Positions 19,534 through 29,892 of a stretch of 55,462 nucleotides of DNA are shown piece by piece. The translations under genes and the position numbers were made by a program. How positions within the stretch are numbered: position 1 is the stretch's first letter; each line of letters opens with the position of its first letter. Source of the stretch: Rubrobacter sp. (GTDB taxonomy: Bacteria > Actinomycetota > Rubrobacteria > Rubrobacterales > Rubrobacteraceae); NCBI GenBank assembly GCA_036520255.1, contig DATDKB010000177.1:1-55462 (forward strand). The letters run 5' to 3'. The notes under the pieces were generated by a model. The model ran no database searches. It saw only the letters and a list, made by a program, of their open reading frames with translations, and had not been told where the DNA came from.

Positions 19534-20733
19534 TTGACCCACGTCCACTTCCAGCCCATTGGCGGCGCGGCGGGAGATATGACCCTGGCCGCCCTCATCG
19601 CCGCGGGAGCGCCGCTACCCGAGATCACGAACTCTCTGCGTAGCCTGGGCGTACCTTTCGACCTCTCCACCGAGCAGGCCAGGGTGAACGGCGTCGCCGC
19701 GCTTCGGGCAGACGTAAGACACCCCGAAGAGCATGGTCACAGAACTTTCGGAGACATCCGCGCCCTGATAGAAGATGCGGACCTCCCGGAGCGGGCCCCT
19801 TTGCGCGCGCTTGATGCCTTCCGCCGTCTGGCCGTCGCGGAGGGCGCGGTACACGACGAGGACCCGGAAGAGGTTACGTTCCACGAGGTCGGGGCCGTGG
19901 ACTCGATAGTCGACGTGATCGGGAGTTGCGTGGCACTGGAGCTACTCGACGCGGACTTCGTGAGCTGCGAGCCCCTCCCCATGGGCAACGGAGTCGCCGA
20001 CACCGCGCACGGGCTCATCCCCCTACCTGGACCTGCCACGCTGGAGGTCCTGAAGGGCTCGCGCGTCCGCTGGACCGACGAACCCCGCGAGACGACCACC
20101 CCGACGGGGGCCGCGCTCATGGCATCCTTCACCGGCGGCGAGTTCACAGACACCGCTCCTCCCATGACCCTGCAAAGCGTGGGTTACGGAGCGGGAAACG
20201 CGAGGTTGAGGAGCGCGCCGAACCTGTTGCGCGCCGTCGTCGGAGAGCTTGAAGGCCCCGCAGGAGATGTGACGCTACTCGAAGCGAACGTCGACGATGC
20301 CTCGGGCGAGCTTCTCGGGGCCGCCGTGGAGCGGCTCCTCGCGGCGGGCGCCCTCGACGCCTGGCTGGAGCCGATAATGATGAAGCGCGGACGGGGCGCA
20401 TACAAAGCGTGTGCCCTGGTCGTCTCCAGAGATCGCGAGCGCTTCGTCGGGCTCCTCATGCGGGAGACGGGTACCCTGGGGGTCCGCCATCATCCGGTGG
20501 GACGTACCGTCGCCGAGCGGCGTGTCGTGGAAGTCGCGCTACCCTACGGGAAGTGCCGGATCAAGATCGGAAGCCTCGACGGGGAAGATTTCATCATCTC
20601 CCCCGAGTACGCCGACGCCGCGAGGCTCGCAAGGGAGGCTGGACTTCCCCTACCGAGGGTGTACGGGGATGCGAGGGCGGCCTACGGCAGCCTTCAGCGG
20701 ACAGCTATTGGCGGGAAGCAAGAGCGAATCTAG
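19534..20733 (+). CDS. larC: Nickel pincer cofactor biosynthesis protein LarC
   Basis: GAAGDMTLAAL, FHEVGAVDSIVD, TTPTGAA, EANVDD, MKRGR, ETGTLGVR, PEY. Confidence 0.93.
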   Translation: MTHVHFQPIGGAAGDMTLAALIAAGAPLPEITNSLRSLGVPFDLSTEQARVNGVAALRADVRHPEEHGHRTFGDIRALIEDADLPERAPLRALDAFRRLAVAEGAVHDEDPEEVTFHEVGAVDSIVDVIGSCVALELLDADFVSCEPLPMGNGVADTAHGLIPLPGPATLEVLKGSRVRWTDEPRETTTPTGAALMASFTGGEFTDTAPPMTLQSVGYGAGNARLRSAPNLLRAVVGELEGPAGDVTLLEANVDDASGELLGAAVERLLAAGALDAWLEPIMMKRGRGAYKACALVVSRDRERFVGLLMRETGTLGVRHHPVGRTVAERRVVEVALPYGKCRIKIGSLDGEDFIISPEYADAARLAREAGLPLPRVYGDARAAYGSLQRTAIGGKQERI

Positions 20734-20812
20734 CTGACGGCGCGAACCAGACTCGCAAACGAGCGTAAACCCCGCGGCCCCTGGAGGTCCTGAAGCCGGA
20801 AGGCAAAATCGG

Positions 20813-20866
20813 TTTCTTATGTATTCAAGGCTGAGGATTAGGCCCGTCTTGTTCATACATAAGAAA
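20813..20866. repeat. AT-rich perfect 12-bp inverted repeat between convergent genes
   Basis: TTTCTTATGTAT (20813-20824) ... ATACATAAGAAA (20855-20866). Confidence 0.6.
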
Positions 20867-20925
20867 TGTACCTGACGTGAGGTCCGGGCTTGCCGCATCG
20901 GAATTATGTGTCGATAAGCTTCGGA

Positions 20926-21567
20926 CTACTCCGGGAAATCGGTTTCTAGCAGTGCGGCGCAGTCTTCGTAGACGGCCACTGCTCCTGCCTCTTCGAGATC
21001 CTGTTTGTGGAAAGCACCGCCGGAGAGAACGGCGACGGTGCGAATTCCGGCTTCCCTGGCGGCTTCGACGTCCCAGAGGGCATCCCCGACCGCGACGGTC
21101 TCGTCAGCCGTGGCCCCGGCCCTCCGCAGGGTTTCTTCGAAGATGTCGGGTGCCGGCTTCGGGTTGTCGACGGCGCTGGAGTTGACGACGCCGTCGATGT
21201 TGCCTTCGGCTTCCAGTTCTTGCATGTGGTGTTCCAGCTCTTCGTCTTTCGCGCTGGTCACGAACCAGACCTCGTAGCCGCGTTCTTTAAGGGAGGAGAT
21301 CAACTCCTTCGCTCCCGGGAGCGGGTGGCCGTACTCCTGTAGCTCCTCGTAGGCCTCGGAGTGATAATCCTGGATCTTCTGCTCCGTCTCCCCGTCGTCG
21401 ACGAACTCCTGGATCAAGAGCCCCGCGCCTTTGCCTACCTGCTTGTGCAGCTTGACCCTCGACACCCGATGGCCCACCTTCTCGAACGCCCGCGCCCAGG
21501 CCTCGGTGTGCAGGTAATTGGTGTCCATCAGCGTCCCGTCAACGTCCAGAACGACTACTTTCGCCAT
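20926..21567 (-). CDS. HAD family hydrolase
   Basis: DVDGTL, VTSA, KPAPD, VGD. Confidence 0.93.
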   Translation of the reverse strand: MAKVVVLDVDGTLMDTNYLHTEAWARAFEKVGHRVSRVKLHKQVGKGAGLLIQEFVDDGETEQKIQDYHSEAYEELQEYGHPLPGAKELISSLKERGYEVWFVTSAKDEELEHHMQELEAEGNIDGVVNSSAVDNPKPAPDIFEETLRRAGATADETVAVGDALWDVEAAREAGIRTVAVLSGGAFHKQDLEEAGAVAVYEDCAALLETDFPE

Positions 21568-21599
21568 CAAGACTCCTCTCGTGCTTTAGAATCGAACCT

Positions 21600-22607
21600 A
21601 TGAAGTACTTGAGAGTTCCCCAGAACGACACAAGTCCAAACGAGCTCGCAGGCTACACCACGCTGCGGGAAGGTGCCGCCATCGTAGACCGCCAGGAAAG
21701 GAGCCTCCTCCGTCTCGCGGGCAAGGACCCGGTAGGAATGCTGAACGCCGTCCTGACCAACGACGTGCCGGCACAAGACAACCGTGGCGCCTACGCCTTG
21801 CTCCTCAACCAGAAGGCTCGCGTCCAGACCGACCTTCGCGTCGTGAAAACCGTAAACGGGGTACTCGTCGACACGGAACCGGAAGGCGCCGAGGCGGCAA
21901 AGGAGATACTGGGCCGCTACGCTCCCTTCTCCCGCGTAAAGCTTGAAGAGCTCCCTGACTGGAACGTTCTCGGCCTCTACGGACCTCGGGCCGCAGGGCT
22001 AGTTAAGAACCTTGGTCTCGCCGAACACGAGACAGAACAGGCGGAGATCGGCGGCGTTCCGGTCCTCGTCGTGGGCGTCGCAGTGCCCGTTGGCGGTTAC
22101 GACCTCATCGGACCGTCGGACGCTTTGGGTAAGATCCGCGAGCATCTGGTCGAACGCGGCGCGGTTGCTGCCGACCGAGACATTTACGAGACGGCCAGGA
22201 TAACGGCAGGCGTCCCCCGCTTCGGCGCGGACATCACGCCCGAGAACTTCCCGGGAGAATCAGAGAACGTGCTGGAGCGGGCCGTCAGCTTCGGGAAGGG
22301 CTGCTACCCCGGACAGGAGACCGTGGCGAGGATGCACTACCGTGGAAGCCCCAACAAGAAGCTGTACCGTTTCGAACTGGAGGCCGGCCTGATGTACACG
22401 CCCAGGACAGGCGACGAGGTCATGCAATCCGAGAAAGAGCTCGTCGGCTCGATCTCCCCGGTCGGTGTCGTCGGCCGGCTCACCTCGGTGACCCCGTTCC
22501 CGGTGGACAGCAGGATCTACGCCCTAGGCTACCTGGCCCGCAAGGCCAACCTGGAAGCCCCAATGAGGGCGGAAAACGCGAAGGTTCTCTCGGTGACGCA
22601 GGCGTGA
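21600..22607 (+). CDS. YgfZ/GcvT-like folate-binding protein
   Basis: KGCYPGQE YgfZ signature. Confidence 0.9.
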   Translation: MKYLRVPQNDTSPNELAGYTTLREGAAIVDRQERSLLRLAGKDPVGMLNAVLTNDVPAQDNRGAYALLLNQKARVQTDLRVVKTVNGVLVDTEPEGAEAAKEILGRYAPFSRVKLEELPDWNVLGLYGPRAAGLVKNLGLAEHETEQAEIGGVPVLVVGVAVPVGGYDLIGPSDALGKIREHLVERGAVAADRDIYETARITAGVPRFGADITPENFPGESENVLERAVSFGKGCYPGQETVARMHYRGSPNKKLYRFELEAGLMYTPRTGDEVMQSEKELVGSISPVGVVGRLTSVTPFPVDSRIYALGYLARKANLEAPMRAENAKVLSVTQA

Positions 22608-22870
22608 CGCGTCCCGAAGATTGCGAGGGCATAGAGGACGTTTGCCGGGCCATAGACGAGCTGGACCGCGAGACCATCCAGCTGATCGGCCGCCGCGCGG
22701 GCTACGGCGAGCAGGGCGTCCGTGCCCCAGAACCCCAGCGAACAATGCTCGAAGCGCGCCGGCTCTGGGCCGAGGAGAACGGGCTCGACCCCGACGTGAT
22801 CGAAGACCTCTACCGCAACCTCGTCTCCTACTTCATAAACCGCGAGATGAACGAGTGGCGAAAGTCCTGA
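22604..22870 (+). CDS. Chorismate mutase/isochorismate-pyruvate lyase (PchB-like), apparently degenerate
   Basis: PEDC...AIDELD...RR...WAEENGLD; appears to lack the Lys-containing active-site segment. Confidence 0.75.
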   Translation: MTRPEDCEGIEDVCRAIDELDRETIQLIGRRAGYGEQGVRAPEPQRTMLEARRLWAEENGLDPDVIEDLYRNLVSYFINREMNEWRKS

Positions 22871-23160
22871 CAACCGAGCCGTTCTTTTCCGACACCTTAT
22901 CGGGAAACGTTCGCAATAACCGTCGGTCGAGGGGCCTCTGCGATGTTACAAGCCCTCTCTAGCGAGGTGTTCTGACATTAGTTCCCGGGAAGCGTTCGCG
23001 GGCGTGACCTGGATCACAAAAACCCGTATAAAAAGCTGGATTTCGCGGATTTCGAAAATCGTTCTTGCTCGTGATCTCTTTACGTTGTTAGGGGTATGTT
23101 GCTGTGATTTAATAGCCTTACTGTAGCAAAGTTCTAGGATAGGCAAACGGCAGGGGTTCG

Positions 23161-23913
23161 ATGCTCAAGATAGAAAATCTTCAAGTAGAGATCGACGGCC
23201 AGGAGATAGTGAAGGGCCTGAATCTCGAGATCGGCGAAGGCGAGATCCACGCGATCATGGGCCCGAATGGGTCGGGCAAGAGCACGCTGGCCAACGTGCT
23301 CATGGGCCACCCGCGCTACGAGGTGACCGACGGCGCCATAACCTTCAGGGGCGAGGACGTCTTCGAGCTCGAGCCCGACCAGCGCGCCAAGCTCGGCATG
23401 TTTTTGGCTTTCCAGTATCCCAGTGAAGTTCCTGGTGTCTCCGTCGCCAACTTCCTCAGGACCGCGGTCAACTCGGTGCGCGAGGAAGAGTTGAGCCCGA
23501 TGGACATGTACCGGCTCATCCAGGAAAAAATGAAGATCATGCAGATGGACCCCAAGTTCGCCGAGAGGTACCTCAACGAGGGCTTCTCCGGTGGTGAGAA
23601 GAAGCGGAACGAGATCCTGCAGATGCTCATGCTGGAGCCCAAGCTCGCCATCATGGACGAGACAGACTCAGGGCTCGACATCGACGCGTTGCAGGTCGTG
23701 TCCAAGGGCGTCAACGAGTTGCGTGGTCCCGAGTTCTCAGCTGTGATCATCACGCATTATCAGAGGATTTTGAGGTACATCGAGCCGGACCACGTCCACG
23801 TCATGCTCGATGGGAGGCTCGTGACCAGCGGCGGTAAGGACCTGGCGCTGGAGCTTGAGGACAAGGGATACGAGTGGGTGCGCCAGGAGTTCGGCGCGAG
23901 CGCGCAGAGCTAA
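23161..23913 (+). CDS. sufC: Fe-S cluster assembly ATPase SufC
   Basis: [37 protein letters not shown]. Confidence 0.97.
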   Translation: MLKIENLQVEIDGQEIVKGLNLEIGEGEIHAIMGPNGSGKSTLANVLMGHPRYEVTDGAITFRGEDVFELEPDQRAKLGMFLAFQYPSEVPGVSVANFLRTAVNSVREEELSPMDMYRLIQEKMKIMQMDPKFAERYLNEGFSGGEKKRNEILQMLMLEPKLAIMDETDSGLDIDALQVVSKGVNELRGPEFSAVIITHYQRILRYIEPDHVHVMLDGRLVTSGGKDLALELEDKGYEWVRQEFGASAQS

Positions 23914-23930
23914 GGGAAGGGACAGAAGAT

Positions 23931-25343
23931 ATGCCAGAAGACAGGACAATCCAGGAGCTCGGGCTAGACGAGTACAAATTCGGATTCCACGATCCGGAGG
24001 AGTACTTCTTCAAGACCCCGAGGAAGGGTATAGACCCCGAGATCGTCGCCATGATCTCCAAGCACAAAAACGAGCCGGAGTGGATGCTCGAGTTCCGCTT
24101 AAAGGCTCTGGAGTCGTTCTTCGAGAAGCCGACCCCACAGTGGGGCGGCGACCTCTCGGAGATGAATTTCGATGAGATCTACTACTACATCAGGCCGATG
24201 GAGAACCAGGGCCGCACCTGGAACGACGTGCCTGAAGACATCAAGAACACCTTCGAGAAGCTTGGCATCCCACAGGCCGAGCGAGAGTCGCTCGCCGGCG
24301 TCGGCGCCCAGTACGAGTCCGAGGTCGTCTACCACTCGCTCAAGGAGGAGTGGGAGAAGAGCGGCGTCATCTTCATGGACATGGACGGCGGCCTGCGCGA
24401 GCACGAGGACATCGTCAAGGAGTACTTCGGGACCATCATCCCGCCCGACGACAACAAGTTCGCCGCGCTCAACTCGGCGGTCTGGTCGGGTGGCTCGTTC
24501 GTGTACGTCCCGCCGGGCGTTCACATCGACATCCCGCTTCAGGCGTACTTCCGCATCAACGCGGAGAACATGGGCCAGTTCGAGCGGACGCTCATCATCG
24601 CCGACGAGGGCTCTTACGTCCACTACATCGAGGGCTGCACAGCCCCGACCTATACCTCAAACTCGCTCCACTCCGCGGTCGTCGAGCTGATAGCCAAGCC
24701 GGGCGCGCGCATCCGGTACTCGACCATTCAGAACTGGTCTCACAACACCTACAACCTCGTCACCAAGCGTGGCGCGGCCTACAAGAATGCGACCATCGAG
24801 TGGGTTGACGGCAACCTGGGCTCCAAGCTCACGATGAAGTACCCGGCTGTCTACCTGCTCGGTGAGGGCGCCCGGGGTGAGATCCTCTCCGTGGCCTACG
24901 CCGGCGACGGCCAGCACCAGGACGCCGGAGGTAAGGTTGTCCACGCCGCGCCGAACACGTCAAGCCTCATCACCTCTAAGTCCATCTCCAGGGGAACGGG
25001 CAGGAGCACGTACCGCGGGCTTCTCAAGGTGCACGAGGGCGCGGTTAACTCCAAGAGCAGGGTCGAGTGCGACGCGCTGCTGCTCGACGAGAACGCCAGG
25101 ACGGACACCTACCCGTACATCGAGATCGAAGAGAAGAAGGTCAACACCGAGCACGAGGCCACCGTCTCCAAGGTCGGCGAGGACCAGCTCTTCTACCTCA
25201 TGAGCCGCGGGCTCTCCGAGGAGGAGGCCATGGCCATGGTCGTCAACGGCTTCATCGAGCCCATCGCCAAGGAGCTCCCGCTCGAGTACGCTATCGAGCT
25301 GAACCGCCTGATCCAACTGGAGATGGAAGGCTCGGTCGGGTAA
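23931..25343 (+). CDS. sufB: Fe-S cluster assembly protein SufB
   Basis: [36 protein letters not shown]. Confidence 0.97.
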   Translation: MPEDRTIQELGLDEYKFGFHDPEEYFFKTPRKGIDPEIVAMISKHKNEPEWMLEFRLKALESFFEKPTPQWGGDLSEMNFDEIYYYIRPMENQGRTWNDVPEDIKNTFEKLGIPQAERESLAGVGAQYESEVVYHSLKEEWEKSGVIFMDMDGGLREHEDIVKEYFGTIIPPDDNKFAALNSAVWSGGSFVYVPPGVHIDIPLQAYFRINAENMGQFERTLIIADEGSYVHYIEGCTAPTYTSNSLHSAVVELIAKPGARIRYSTIQNWSHNTYNLVTKRGAAYKNATIEWVDGNLGSKLTMKYPAVYLLGEGARGEILSVAYAGDGQHQDAGGKVVHAAPNTSSLITSKSISRGTGRSTYRGLLKVHEGAVNSKSRVECDALLLDENARTDTYPYIEIEEKKVNTEHEATVSKVGEDQLFYLMSRGLSEEEAMAMVVNGFIEPIAKELPLEYAIELNRLIQLEMEGSVG

Positions 25344-25435
25344 GAAAGCTAGTCGGCTAGTCAGCGTTTCAGCTTGCCAGCTTTTTGGGTGCGGGAGTGT
25401 TGACCGGGCCACGGCGTAACAGGTAGTCAATGGTT

Positions 25436-25467
25436 GGGCGGGCCCTCCGGGGACCCGCCCTTTTCTT
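25436..25467 (+). terminator. GC-rich hairpin plus U tract between sufB and sufD
   Basis: GGGCGGGCCC-TCCG-GGGACCCGCCC-TTTTCTT. Confidence 0.55.
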
Positions 25468-25487
25468 AGAGAGCAAAGGCAGGTCGT

Positions 25488-26849
25488 ATGCAGCAGAAGG
25501 AATCGCCGGAGATTCTAAACAGCAAGGGCATAAGTCGGGAGACGGTCGAGGCCCTTTCCTCGTTCAAAGACGAGCCCGGCTGGCTCACGGAGAAGCGCCT
25601 GGGGGCGTGGCGTAGCTTCGAGAGCCTCCCGATGCCTACGCTCCGCGACGAGGCGTGGCGCTACACCGATATCTCTGACGTCACGATCGAGGAATTTCTT
25701 CCGTACTCTCCGAGTCCCGATGCAGCCAGCGAAGATGACCTGCCCGACGCCGTGCAGCGGCTCATAGCCGAGGGCGAGGAGAACTCGGCTTTGCTCGTGC
25801 AGCACAACTCGGAGACGGCGTACAGCCGGGTCGACGAGGAGCTTGCGAGCAAGGGCGTAGTGTTCACGGACCTGCACACGGCGCTCGCGGAGCACGAGGA
25901 CCTCGTCAGGGAGAAGCTGTTCGGGCTCGTGCCTGCCGACTACGACAAGTTCGCGGCGCTGAGCGCGGCGCTGTTCGCCGGTGGCTCTTTCCTGTACGTG
26001 CCGCGCGGGGTCGATGTGGAGTTGCCGATACAGAGTTATCGTTGGCTCGACGTGGTAGGTTCGATCATGCCGCGCACCCTGGTCGTGGTCGAGGAGGGAG
26101 CGAACGTTACCTACATCGACGAGTACGCCAGCGCGGACGGCGAGGACCCTGCTTTCAGCAACGGAGCGGTCGAGCTTTACGTCGGTGAGGGCGCGAATTT
26201 GCGCTACGTCTCGCTTCAGAATTGGGAGCGGAACGTCCTTCACTTCAACACCATTCGTTCGAAGACCGAGAAGGACGCGACGATCAACAGCCTCGTCGTC
26301 TCCTTCGGATCGCAGCTCTCCCGCACCAACGTCGAGGCTGGCCTGACGGCGGCGGGCAGCGACTCCGAGATGCTAGGCCTCTACTTCGCGGACCAGAACC
26401 AGGTCCTCGACCACCACACGCTTCAGGACCACCTCGCGCCCAACGCCCATTCAGACCTGCTTTACAAGGGCGCGCTTCGCGACGAGTCCATCGCCGTTTT
26501 CAGCGGGCTCATCAGGGTTGAGCCCGGGGCGCAGAAGACCGACGCTTACCAGACCAACCGGAACCTGATCCTGGGAACCGACGACGCGTTTGCCGTCTCC
26601 CTGCCGAACCTGGAGATCATGGCCGATGACGTCAAGTGCTCACACGGTTCGACGACGGGGCAGGTTGATGAGACGGAGCTGTTCTATCTCATGAGCCGGG
26701 GCATCCCGCGTCGCGAGGCCGAGAAGCTCGTGGTTTTCGGGTTCTTCGGGGAGATCACAAGTAGGATTCCCTTGAAGGGTTTGAAGGACAAGCTAGACCG
26801 GGCTATCGAGGGCAAGATCGGGCTCGGCTTCGAGGAGCGGGCGGCGTAG
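25488..26849 (+). CDS. sufD: Fe-S cluster assembly protein SufD
   Basis: [38 protein letters not shown]. Confidence 0.95.
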   Translation: MQQKESPEILNSKGISRETVEALSSFKDEPGWLTEKRLGAWRSFESLPMPTLRDEAWRYTDISDVTIEEFLPYSPSPDAASEDDLPDAVQRLIAEGEENSALLVQHNSETAYSRVDEELASKGVVFTDLHTALAEHEDLVREKLFGLVPADYDKFAALSAALFAGGSFLYVPRGVDVELPIQSYRWLDVVGSIMPRTLVVVEEGANVTYIDEYASADGEDPAFSNGAVELYVGEGANLRYVSLQNWERNVLHFNTIRSKTEKDATINSLVVSFGSQLSRTNVEAGLTAAGSDSEMLGLYFADQNQVLDHHTLQDHLAPNAHSDLLYKGALRDESIAVFSGLIRVEPGAQKTDAYQTNRNLILGTDDAFAVSLPNLEIMADDVKCSHGSTTGQVDETELFYLMSRGIPRREAEKLVVFGFFGEITSRIPLKGLKDKLDRAIEGKIGLGFEERAA

Positions 26850-27202
26850 TGGCCGACTTCCACACGCTGGGCACCGTTGATGAGGTTGGTCCGGGGGAGA
26901 TCAAACAGTACCTGGTCGAGGACCGCTTCGTCGCCCTGTGCAACGTGGAAGGCGAGTTCCACGCCTTCGAGGACGTCTGCACCCACCAGTTCACCCACCT
27001 GAGCGAGGGCGAGTTTGCAGGCTCGGAGGTGAAATGCCCCCTCCACGGCGCGAAGTTCGACGTGAAGACCGGCGCGGCGAAGAGCCTGCCCGCCGTCAAA
27101 CCCGTCCCGAAGCACGAGGTCAGGGTGGAGAACGGCAGCGTCTACGTCGCGCTCAACCCGAAGCGGGTGAAGGTCGGCGGCAGGAGAGGCCTCAGGAGGT
27201 AG
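26849..27202 (+). CDS. Rieske-type ferredoxin
   Basis: CTH...CPLH Rieske ligands. Confidence 0.93.
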   Translation: MADFHTLGTVDEVGPGEIKQYLVEDRFVALCNVEGEFHAFEDVCTHQFTHLSEGEFAGSEVKCPLHGAKFDVKTGAAKSLPAVKPVPKHEVRVENGSVYVALNPKRVKVGGRRGLRR

Positions 27203-27208
27203 CCGGGC

Positions 27209-27694
27209 GTGCTGCTCCGAGGTTCATGCCATTGCGGCGCTGTCCGGTTCCGGGTCGATTCGGAGACGCCGTACCCGTATCAGGCCTGCTACTGCTCCAT
27301 CTGCCGCAAGACTGCCGGTGGCGGAGGCTACGCCATCAACCTCGGGGCCGACGCGAACACCCTGGAAGTCGAGGGCGCAGAGAACCTCTCCGTCTACAAC
27401 GCGAAGCTCTACGACCGTGGCGGTTCTGAGGAGGTACCGGCCAGCGAGGCGGAGCGAAACTTCTGCAGGTTCTGTGGAAGCTTCCTGTGGCTTTACTCCC
27501 CGAGCTACCCGGATCTCGTTCACCCCTTCGCCTCTGCTATAGACACGCCGCTTCCCAAGCCCCCGGAGCACATCCGTCTCATGCTCGACTACGCCGCGCC
27601 GTGGTGCGAGATCCCTACCGGAGAAGGCGAGAAACACTTCCGCGAGTATCCTGAAGAATCGTTGAAAGGGTGGCACCGCCGCCACGGACTCTGA
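27209..27694 (+). CDS. GFA family protein (CENP-V/GFA)
   Basis: GSCHCG, CYCSICRK, FCRFCGS. Confidence 0.9.
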   Translation: MLLRGSCHCGAVRFRVDSETPYPYQACYCSICRKTAGGGGYAINLGADANTLEVEGAENLSVYNAKLYDRGGSEEVPASEAERNFCRFCGSFLWLYSPSYPDLVHPFASAIDTPLPKPPEHIRLMLDYAAPWCEIPTGEGEKHFREYPEESLKGWHRRHGL

Positions 27695-27758
27695 CCTCGT
27701 GTCCGTAACACGCCCAGGCGCCGTGCGAGCCAACGTCCCCTGATACAATCCTTGCACG

Positions 27759-28163
27759 ATGATGCGAGGTTTTTACAGGGAGATCGTGCTGGATCACTTC
27801 CAGCGTCCGCGCAATCGTTACGAGATCAAAGACGCAACCATCGAGGAACACATAGACAATCCCCTCTGCGGCGACCACGTTACCGTTTACGCGAACTTCC
27901 GTGACGGCGTCTTCGAAGAGGTGAGCTTCACCGGCCGCGGATGCTCCATCTCCCAGGCCTCTGCCTCGATGCTCACCGAGCAACTCGCGGGCAGGAGCCG
28001 CGAAGAGGTCGAGGAGAAAATTGAAGCCTTCCTCGAGATGATGCGCACCGAGGAAAACGAAGACCTCGGCGAACTCGCCGCCCTCAAGGGCGTAGTCCAG
28101 ACCCCGAATCGCACCCGCTGCGCCACCGTGGCCTGGGAAGCCATGCGACGCGCCCTCGATTAG
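27759..28163 (+). CDS. sufU: SUF system NifU-like protein SufU
   Basis: LDHFQRPRN, NPLCGD, GCSISQASAS, RTRCA. Confidence 0.92.
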   Translation: MMRGFYREIVLDHFQRPRNRYEIKDATIEEHIDNPLCGDHVTVYANFRDGVFEEVSFTGRGCSISQASASMLTEQLAGRSREEVEEKIEAFLEMMRTEENEDLGELAALKGVVQTPNRTRCATVAWEAMRRALD

Positions 28164-28291
28164 AGAGGTATCAGGTGTAAGGACGCTTCGCGAAGCGCCG
28201 TTCGCAATCCGCCGCTCGGTTCGCTGACAAGCGACCGTAGGGAGCGTGCTGAGCTAAACTGGCAAGAGCCTGTTCAGCCAGGAGGCTTTGT

Positions 28292-29743
28292 ATGGACCCG
28301 AACAGCAGCCGTCTCGACATTGCCAGCGGGGCCGCCGCTCAGCGTGGTCGGCTGGACAATGCGCTCGCCCGCGCCAGCGATGCGCCGCTTCGGGAGAGCA
28401 ACCGCTTAGAGCTCCTCAGGAACGGCCCCGACACCTACGAGGACTGGCTCGCGGCCATCGCGGGGGCGCGGCGCTGGGTTCACCTGGACAACTACATCTT
28501 CCAGGACGACGAGGTCGGGGAGAGGTTCGCGAGTGCCCTCGCCTCGAAGGCCGGGGAAGGCGTCAAGGTTCGTGTGCTCTACGACTGGTTCGGCTGCCTC
28601 GACGTGCGGCGCTCTTTCTGGCGGAGGTTGCGCAAGGCCGGCGTGGACGTCAGGGCCGTCAACCCGCCTACGCTCGGTAGCCCATTAGGTGCGATTCGGC
28701 GCGACCACCGCAAGCTGCTCGCCGTGGACGGTGAGTACGCCTCGACGGGCGGCGTCTGCATCTCCGAGGGCTGGCTCGTGACCTCTCCCGAGACGGGGCT
28801 TCCTTACAGGGACACGGCAGTCGGCATCCGCGGTCCTGCCGTCGCCGAGGCCGAGCGGGCCTTCGCGGGGTTGTGGGGCGTCACGGGCGAAGCCCTCCCG
28901 GAAGACGAGTGCCCGGATCCCGACGACATCCCGCGGGCCGGCAGAGAGGCGGCGCGGGTGGTCGTGCAGGAGCCGCGCAGGATGAGGACCCTGCGGATGC
29001 TGCAGTTGCTCACGGCGGGCGTGGAGCGACGGCTCTGGATCACCGACGCCTACTTCCTCTCCATGGCGATCCTCTCCCAGTCCTTGATGTCCGTCGCGTG
29101 CGACGGGGTGGATGTACGAGTGCTGGTACCCGCCACCAACGATCTGCCCTGGATCGGGGCGCTCTCGCGCACGGGCTACCGACAGTTCTTGGAGTCCGGG
29201 GTCCGCATCTTCGAGTACAGCGGACCGATGATCCACGCCAAGACCGTGGTCGCCGACGGCTGGTGGTCGAAGGTCGGCTCGACGAACCTGAACGTCGCCA
29301 GCCTCGTCGCCAACTGGGAGATCGACCTGGTGGCAGAGGATTCCGGCTTCGCCGAAAGGATGGAGAAGCTTTTCGAGGAGGACCTCTCGAACGCCCGCGA
29401 GGTGCGCCTCGCAGGAACTGCCGGGTACCCGAGGGTGCGGCCGGAGCGCCCGATCCAGACCTCCGACCGCGACGCCCGCAGGGGAGTCGTTGGGAGCGGC
29501 TCCGGCGGGGCAGCTACCGTCCTGCGCGTAGGCAGCACTGCCCTCCAGAAGAGCGGCTACCCGCTGGAGACCCGCGAAAAAGCCCTGGCCGCCGCGGCAA
29601 GTGGCACCCTGCTGGGGGCCTCCCTTCTAAGCGTCCGCTACCCACGCCTCCTCGCATGGCCACTCGCCGCCACCGGTGCCGTCTACGGGGGCCTCGGCGT
29701 GCTGCGCGCCGTCCGCTCGGCCCTCTCCCACCGTAGGCCGTAA
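28292..29743 (+). CDS. Phospholipase D family / cardiolipin synthase-like protein
   Basis: Two HKD motifs (HRKLLAVD; HAKTVVAD...GSTN). Confidence 0.9.
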   Translation: MDPNSSRLDIASGAAAQRGRLDNALARASDAPLRESNRLELLRNGPDTYEDWLAAIAGARRWVHLDNYIFQDDEVGERFASALASKAGEGVKVRVLYDWFGCLDVRRSFWRRLRKAGVDVRAVNPPTLGSPLGAIRRDHRKLLAVDGEYASTGGVCISEGWLVTSPETGLPYRDTAVGIRGPAVAEAERAFAGLWGVTGEALPEDECPDPDDIPRAGREAARVVVQEPRRMRTLRMLQLLTAGVERRLWITDAYFLSMAILSQSLMSVACDGVDVRVLVPATNDLPWIGALSRTGYRQFLESGVRIFEYSGPMIHAKTVVADGWWSKVGSTNLNVASLVANWEIDLVAEDSGFAERMEKLFEEDLSNAREVRLAGTAGYPRVRPERPIQTSDRDARRGVVGSGSGGAATVLRVGSTALQKSGYPLETREKALAAAASGTLLGASLLSVRYPRLLAWPLAATGAVYGGLGVLRAVRSALSHRRP

Positions 29744-29820
29744 CGGCCACGCTCTGTTTGTGACCTCCATCTCAGGGGCATAAAACAGCTCGCAAAGTGG
29801 TTGAAGCACTTTACGAGCTC

Positions 29821-29873
29821 TCAGCATTTCAGCCCTTCAGTAAAAGCAAAAAGCTGAAATGCTGAAGTGCTGA
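29821..29873. repeat. Inverted array of TCAGC/GCTGA 7-8-nt periodic units
   Basis: TCAGCATTTCAGCCCTTCAG...GCTGAAATGCTGAAGTGCTGA; similar units at several other intergenic sites. Confidence 0.55.
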
Positions 29874-29892
29874 TCAGTTGAAAGGAGAGGAT

